A DNA stretch of 64,000 bases from an uncultured Verrucomicrobiae bacterium (GTDB taxonomy: Bacteria > Verrucomicrobiota > Verrucomicrobiia > Limisphaerales > Palsa-1400), in NCBI GenBank assembly GCA_963707025.1, contig CAVPOM010000014.1:128001-192000 (forward strand), read 5' to 3'. Every line of letters begins with the position of its first letter. Positions within the stretch are counted from its first letter, which is position 1. This document shows positions 59,717 through 64,000 of the stretch, one piece after another. Below the pieces are notes generated by a model. That model was not told where the DNA came from. It was given only the letters and a program-made list of their open reading frames with translations, and did not search any database. The position numbers and the translations under genes were made by a program.

Positions 59717-61167
59717 CACACCCGTCTCATAAGGGGAAAAGTCTGGTGCTGACCTGTTCATTTGCAAGGGTTTAATTGGTCTTCGGGGTAAAATGAGATT
59801 TTGATTTTTCCGAGTTTGGCTTTTGGGTTTGGTATGCGCCTGTTTGGGCGCGTGTGCTGTCCCATAGCTTTATTGGAAGCCGGGGAAATACGCCTGCTCG
59901 GGCCGCGCCAAGTGGCGAAAGCTGCCGCCTGCTGTCCCATAGCACGCCAGCAAATTGAGCAGATCATATTTCTCCCAGAGCGCCGCCCGCAAAATCGTGA
60001 ACAGCCGGGTGAAGCTGTGCGCCCAGTTGGAGAGGTGACTGAGGTAGCGCAACAGCACGTAGGTCAACAGCGCCGTCCACACCTGCCAGCGCACGGCGTT
60101 GGCGTTGTGGCCCAGAAAATCCGCCAACTGCAAGGTCTGCTTGATTTGTTTGAAGAAGACTTCGATCTGCCAGCGGCAGCGGTAAAGGTCGGCCACGCTG
60201 CGCGGACTCCACTCCAGGTTGTTGGTCAGGAAGGTCATTTCCCGTTCCTCTCCATCAATCTCGACCAGCGCCACCACCCGGCGCATCAACTCCGGCGCGG
60301 GTTTGTTCTCGTTGCTCAGGACGATCACTTCGTCGCGCAAAATCTTCGGGTCTCTGGAGGCGGGCATTTTCCGCACCACCTCATAGCCCATGTTCTCCTT
60401 GGCCCGCGTCACCCAAAAGACCCCGCGCCCGTCCAAATCCCGCAAGTGGCCGAAGTCCACATAACCCTTGTCGAACAAGGCGATTTCGCCGCTCTTCAAG
60501 TCGGCGCACAGTTCCCGCGCCCGTCGGTTGTCGTGCTCGGCGGCAGTGTCCACAATGACAAAACCGGGCAAAAGATTCTGCAGATTCAACCGCATATGGG
60601 TTTTGGCGGCGGCCTTGCGCCGGCGGTGCTTGGCCCAGTCCAGGCAGTTGGCCACCAGTTCCATGGTCGTGCTATCAATCACATGGATGGGCATCTTGAA
60701 ACGGAAGGCGGGGCCACGGCGCTGGCCCGCGGCAAAGCCGGGCGTCTGTGCTTTCAAATGCTCCAGGACCCGCCAGAAGAGTTGTTCGGCCATCTGGGCC
60801 GGACGCTCCCGGTTGGCGTGGGAGAGGCCGTTGCGGCTGGGGGCGCTGGCGCCGCGCAAAGTGGACAGCGGCCCGGAATGCAATTGCAGCGAGTCGCACA
60901 GATCGTTGAGTCCGATGCAATGGGTGAGTTGCGCGTCCAGCAAACTGACCGTGTGACTCCACGGACTGAAGGTGCGCGACTTATCCAGAGCCCCGGTCTC
61001 CCGCGCTATTTTGGAGACTTCATGCGCAGGAATGAGATTGCAAATCTGGCGCAAAACGTTAAACCGGGACCGTGTTGGTTTGATTTTTTTGTTTTTCATG
61101 CCTGCCTTGTGGCAGGTTCAAATGGTCAAGCCAACACTTTTTTCCAATTTCCTGTGGGATGGCTGTG
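59717..61167 (-). mobile_element. IS4-family insertion sequence (1451 bp) with 9-bp target-site duplication
   Basis: Imperfect IRs CACACCCGTCTCATA (from 59717) and reverse complement CACAGCCATCCCACA (ending 61167), 11/15 match; TCCTATTTT at 59708-59716 and 61168-61176. Confidence 0.93.
59870..61099 (-). CDS. IS4-family transposase (DUF4372-type N-terminus plus DDE domain)
   Basis: SRNGLSHAN..R, IDSTT, K.HMRL, FDKGY, FLTNN, LYRCRWQIEVFFKQIKQ (Y-2-R-3-E-6-K-like). Confidence 0.95.
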   Translation of the reverse strand: MKNKKIKPTRSRFNVLRQICNLIPAHEVSKIARETGALDKSRTFSPWSHTVSLLDAQLTHCIGLNDLCDSLQLHSGPLSTLRGASAPSRNGLSHANRERPAQMAEQLFWRVLEHLKAQTPGFAAGQRRGPAFRFKMPIHVIDSTTMELVANCLDWAKHRRRKAAAKTHMRLNLQNLLPGFVIVDTAAEHDNRRARELCADLKSGEIALFDKGYVDFGHLRDLDGRGVFWVTRAKENMGYEVVRKMPASRDPKILRDEVIVLSNENKPAPELMRRVVALVEIDGEEREMTFLTNNLEWSPRSVADLYRCRWQIEVFFKQIKQTLQLADFLGHNANAVRWQVWTALLTYVLLRYLSHLSNWAHSFTRLFTILRAALWEKYDLLNLLACYGTAGGSFRHLARPEQAYFPGFQ

Positions 61168-61491
61168 TCCTATTTTGGTGATTTTCATAAAGCATGCTCT
61201 CGTTAATCATCTGTTTTCAGCGCGAAGTCGCTTAATGTGGACGGCAGGCCAAGTGAGGTGGACCCCATCCTTTAGACCACGGAGCGCATGAAATAAGCGC
61301 GACTTTTGCCGATTGCTGTCATTACTAATTGTAGTTGACTACTGTTCATTCCGTGTTTCAAAACCCTTTCGAAAAGAGAGAACGAGCGATGCGGAGCACT
61401 GCCCGTCCTCCCTCTCCGTTTTCTTAGGGTTCTCAACTCTACCGCCGCAGGCGGTCTGATTTCAAGCCTTTTCCTGCCGCCTGCCTCTCTG

Positions 61492-62346
61492 TCAAGTGCT
61501 GCGATCGCTCCTGCCTCTGGCAGGTTGCATCGCTTCCCATTTGGCCGGTTGGGCTCCATGCGTGCCGGGATCAAAATACGCGTCCGCCGGCGTCGCATAG
61601 CCCAACGCCTGGTGCGGTCGTTCCCGGTTGTAGCCGTCAAACCACCGGCCCAGTCCGCGCCCTGCCGCCAACCCGTCGCCATAGTCTTGCAAATAAATGT
61701 CCTCATACTTGGCGCTCCGCCACAGCCGCTCGATAAACCGGTTGTCCATCCAGCGACCCCGTCCGTCCATGCTCACGTCCACCCCCGCCGATTCCACCGC
61801 ATCGATAAACATCGGGGAGGTGAACTGCGATCCCTGGTCGGTATTGGAAATCAACGGCGCCTGACGCCCCGCCCGCAACGCCGCCTCCCAAGCGTCCACA
61901 CAAAAGTCCGCCTCCAACGTGTTGCTCAAGCGCCATCCCAGCACGTAACGACTCCACCAATCCATCACCGCCACCAAATACATAAACCCAGTTGCCATAG
62001 GCACATACGTAATGTCCGAACACCAAACCTGATCCGGTCCCGTCACTGCCAAATTGCGTAACAGATACGGATAAATCTGGTGCCCCATCTCCCGCAGACT
62101 CGTCTTGGGCTTGGCGTAAATCGCCTCGATCCCCATCAACCGCAGCAGCCGCACCACCCGTTTGCGATTGATGGTCAAACCCTCCCGGCGCAACAGCACG
62201 GTCAGTTTGCGGCTGCCATAAACCGGGTGGTCCAAATGCATCTGGTCCAACCGCCGCATCAGCGCCAGGTTCTCCTCTGTCTCCGGACAGCACTGGTAAT
62301 AATAACTGCCACGGCACACCGCCAGCAGCTCGCACTGGCGCCGCAC
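61492..62346 (-). CDS. IS3-family transposase OrfB (DDE integrase core)
   Basis: YGSRKL, NRKRV.RL, WCSDITY, NTDQGSQF, DNRFIERLWRSAKYE, YN.ERPHQAL.Y.TP. Confidence 0.95.
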   Translation of the reverse strand: MRRQCELLAVCRGSYYYQCCPETEENLALMRRLDQMHLDHPVYGSRKLTVLLRREGLTINRKRVVRLLRLMGIEAIYAKPKTSLREMGHQIYPYLLRNLAVTGPDQVWCSDITYVPMATGFMYLVAVMDWWSRYVLGWRLSNTLEADFCVDAWEAALRAGRQAPLISNTDQGSQFTSPMFIDAVESAGVDVSMDGRGRWMDNRFIERLWRSAKYEDIYLQDYGDGLAAGRGLGRWFDGYNRERPHQALGYATPADAYFDPGTHGAQPAKWEAMQPARGRSDRST

Positions 62347-62378
62347 GCTGAGCTGCGGATCGGGAGCGATTAAACATG

Positions 62379-62669
62379 TTAAAGCCCCAGTTGCCTGGAC
62401 TTTTTTTTAAGCCAGTCCAAGTCCACCGTCAGTTGGCCAATCTTCTCATGCAGTTGGGCAATCAACTGTTCCTGATCCTCCGTGCGGGGTTGCCCGGGCT
62501 CAAACAATTCGGGCATGTGATCCCGAATCGTCGCCCGCCACTGCGTGACCTGCGCCGGATGCACCGCATACTCTCGCGCCAATTGCGCGACCGTCTTCAG
62601 CCCCACCAGGGCTTCGAATCCCACTTTGGCCTTGAAGGCCGCACTGTGTCTTTTCCGTTTTGCTTTCAT
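62379..62669 (-). CDS. IS3-family transposase OrfA (HTH)
   Basis: RKRHSAAFKAKV..EA, LA..Y.VHP.QV.QW, L.EKIGQL.V..DWLKKK. Confidence 0.93.
   Translation of the reverse strand: MKAKRKRHSAAFKAKVGFEALVGLKTVAQLAREYAVHPAQVTQWRATIRDHMPELFEPGQPRTEDQEQLIAQLHEKIGQLTVDLDWLKKKSRQLGL
62400..62408 (-). promoter_or_regulatory. -1 ribosomal frameshift slippery site (A8G) joining OrfA to OrfB
   Basis: CTT AAA AAA AAG on the minus strand; the -1 frame is open (KVQATGALTCLIAPDPQLSVRRQCE) into OrfB. Confidence 0.8.
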
Positions 62670-62913
62670 AAGTCTGCTCTTTCTTATCTACAGCAAACCG
62701 GCAAAAATCGAAACTTACCTGTGGTCTAAAAATAGGGGTCCAGCTCATAGCACTTCGCCAGCCTTTCAGACATCTTCGTTTTTACTCCTAAGCCGCGCCG
62801 AGATGCTCCACGCTTTTTGGTAATTTCTCACCTTGGATTGCGTACCTTTATGAAATCTACGAATAAAACGAAGACTGTAACTTAATTCCGCGCGGTCATT
62901 GGCCGGGCCGGCA

Positions 62914-63807
62914 TCAGGCAGCCGGCAACTGCTCTGCCACCCCGGCGGCCGCCATCTCTTTTTCCAAATCCCCCGCCTGTTCCAGCGCCGGTTGAAAGGC
63001 ATGGCCGGAGGCCAGCCGGCTCCATTTTAAAGCCTCTGCCAAATTCACCGCCGTGCCCCGCCCGCGGCGGTAACAAACCGCCAATTCGTATTGCCCCTGC
63101 GGCAATCCCTTTTTCGCGGCCAATTCAAGCCACCTGAAGCCTTCCGCCTCATCCCGCGGCACGCCCTCGCCCTGCTGATAACATTTGCCCAGGTGGTAAG
63201 CCGCCTCCCGCACCTCCTGCTCGGCCGCCTTGCGAAACCAACCGGTCGCCTCCTCCTGATTCTGAGGAGTGCCTTCGCCGTTGAGCAGGCAGCAAGCCAG
63301 ACTGACTTGCCCGGTCGCGTCCCCGTGTTCCGCCGCCCGGCGAAACCAGGCCGCCGCCTCTTCCGGGCTGGCCCAAACGCCCAGCCCCTTTTTCAGGCAG
63401 ATGCCCAGGCTGACCTGGGCGCTGGTGTGCTCCTGCTCCGCCGCCAACCGGAACCATTTCACCGCTTCCTCCAGGTCCTGCGCCAATCCCTGCCCGTTGG
63501 CGTAACAAATGCCCAGGCTATAACGGGCATTGGTGTCCCCGTTTTGCGCCGCCTCGCGGAACCAGTGCGCCGCCTCCCCATAATCCGGTTCAATGTTCCT
63601 TCCCTCCGAGTAACAGACCGCCAGTTGGTATTGCGCCCGCACATCGCCATGCCGCGCCGCCACCAGCATCATGGCGTGTTCCCCTTTGAGAACGGGCGCC
63701 GCCTTCGCCGCCTTGGCTTGCGCCGCGCGCCGGCCCGAAACCAACTTTCTGAGGCCATAAACCGCGCCCCAGAACCACATCCAAATGAACTGGACTACTC
63801 TTCTCAT
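62914..63807 (-). CDS. Sel1-like repeat protein
   Basis: About six repeats of A.Y.LG.CY..G.G...D.EEA..WFR.AA..G. Confidence 0.93.
   Translation of the reverse strand: MRRVVQFIWMWFWGAVYGLRKLVSGRRAAQAKAAKAAPVLKGEHAMMLVAARHGDVRAQYQLAVCYSEGRNIEPDYGEAAHWFREAAQNGDTNARYSLGICYANGQGLAQDLEEAVKWFRLAAEQEHTSAQVSLGICLKKGLGVWASPEEAAAWFRRAAEHGDATGQVSLACCLLNGEGTPQNQEEATGWFRKAAEQEVREAAYHLGKCYQQGEGVPRDEAEGFRWLELAAKKGLPQGQYELAVCYRRGRGTAVNLAEALKWSRLASGHAFQPALEQAGDLEKEMAAAGVAEQLPAA
62922..63101. repeat. 180-bp direct repeat, right copy (inside intact Sel1 gene)
   Basis: Matches 56805..56984. Confidence 0.95.
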
Positions 63808-64000
63808 AATTTACAACAAACACTTTCCGTGCTGGCTTAAAAACTCGGTTGAAAGACAACACCTCCAAAACCGCGACATCTCGCCTTAACTTCGTTCATT
63901 TCCCCGGATTTTCAAGTATTTCATTTCTGCGTAATCTGGTTGACGGCCCCGCCATTCAGACGCACCTTGTAACCTGCCGGTCATTGGGCCGGTCTATTGC

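Larger units (their letters stand above)
61254..62747 (-). mobile_element. IS3-family insertion sequence (1494 bp)
   Basis: TG...CA ends; 27-bp IRs TGAGGTGGACCCCATCCTTTAGACCAC / TGAGCTGGACCCCTATTTTTAGACCAC (22/27); no perfect TSD (AAG vs TAG). Confidence 0.93.

Noticed and set aside
61272..61706. 144-aa ORF inside IS3 as a passenger gene
   Set aside because: Overlaps OrfB out of frame and has no recognisable features.
59717..62747. Composite transposon
   Set aside because: The two IS are from different families, IS4 has its own TSD, and they do not flank the cargo.
1..64000. tRNA, rRNA or riboswitch genes
   Set aside because: None recognised by eye in intergenic regions; a covariance-model search was not possible.

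Overview
GC-rich bacterial DNA whose gene content (Amuc_1098-1101-type secretin/PilMNO cluster, exosortase-EpsI, giant Thr-Asn-rich surface proteins with verrucomicrobial-type terminal domains) suggests Verrucomicrobiota, probably subdivision 3 (inference). Layout: (1) 1-26.8 kb, minus strand: PilM-PilN fusion, Amuc_1100-like, Amuc_1099-like, TPR/Gly-rich secretin and a 5'-3' exonuclease, then five exported proteins (propeller-repeat protein, matrixin-like protein lacking its zinc motif, ~1460-aa surface protein, 3416-aa Calx-beta/delta-60/DUF11 protein, S53 peptidase running off the left edge), with a 59-bp REP-like tandem array upstream of the giant gene. (2) 27-53 kb: exosortase/EpsI and a Wzx-type glycan locus (priming transferase, UDP-GlcA decarboxylase, two GT-C enzymes, GT2/GT4s, four methyltransferases, acetyltransferase, two O-antigen ligase-family proteins). 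(3) 53-57 kb: yajQ, a zinc-ribbon protein, a VIT-vWA protein. (4) 57-63 kb: a ~6-kb island bounded by a 180-bp direct repeat of the 3' end of a Sel1 gene, carrying a secreted His/Cys peptidase-like gene with a partner gene, an IS4 (9-bp TSD, inserted in the cargo signal peptide) and an IS3. Five genes have single-base frameshifts in short homopolymers, most likely assembly errors. The best candidate for an undescribed system is the secretin machine plus TN-rich cargo plus adjacent glycosylation locus. All family calls come from motif recognition by eye, not database searches.
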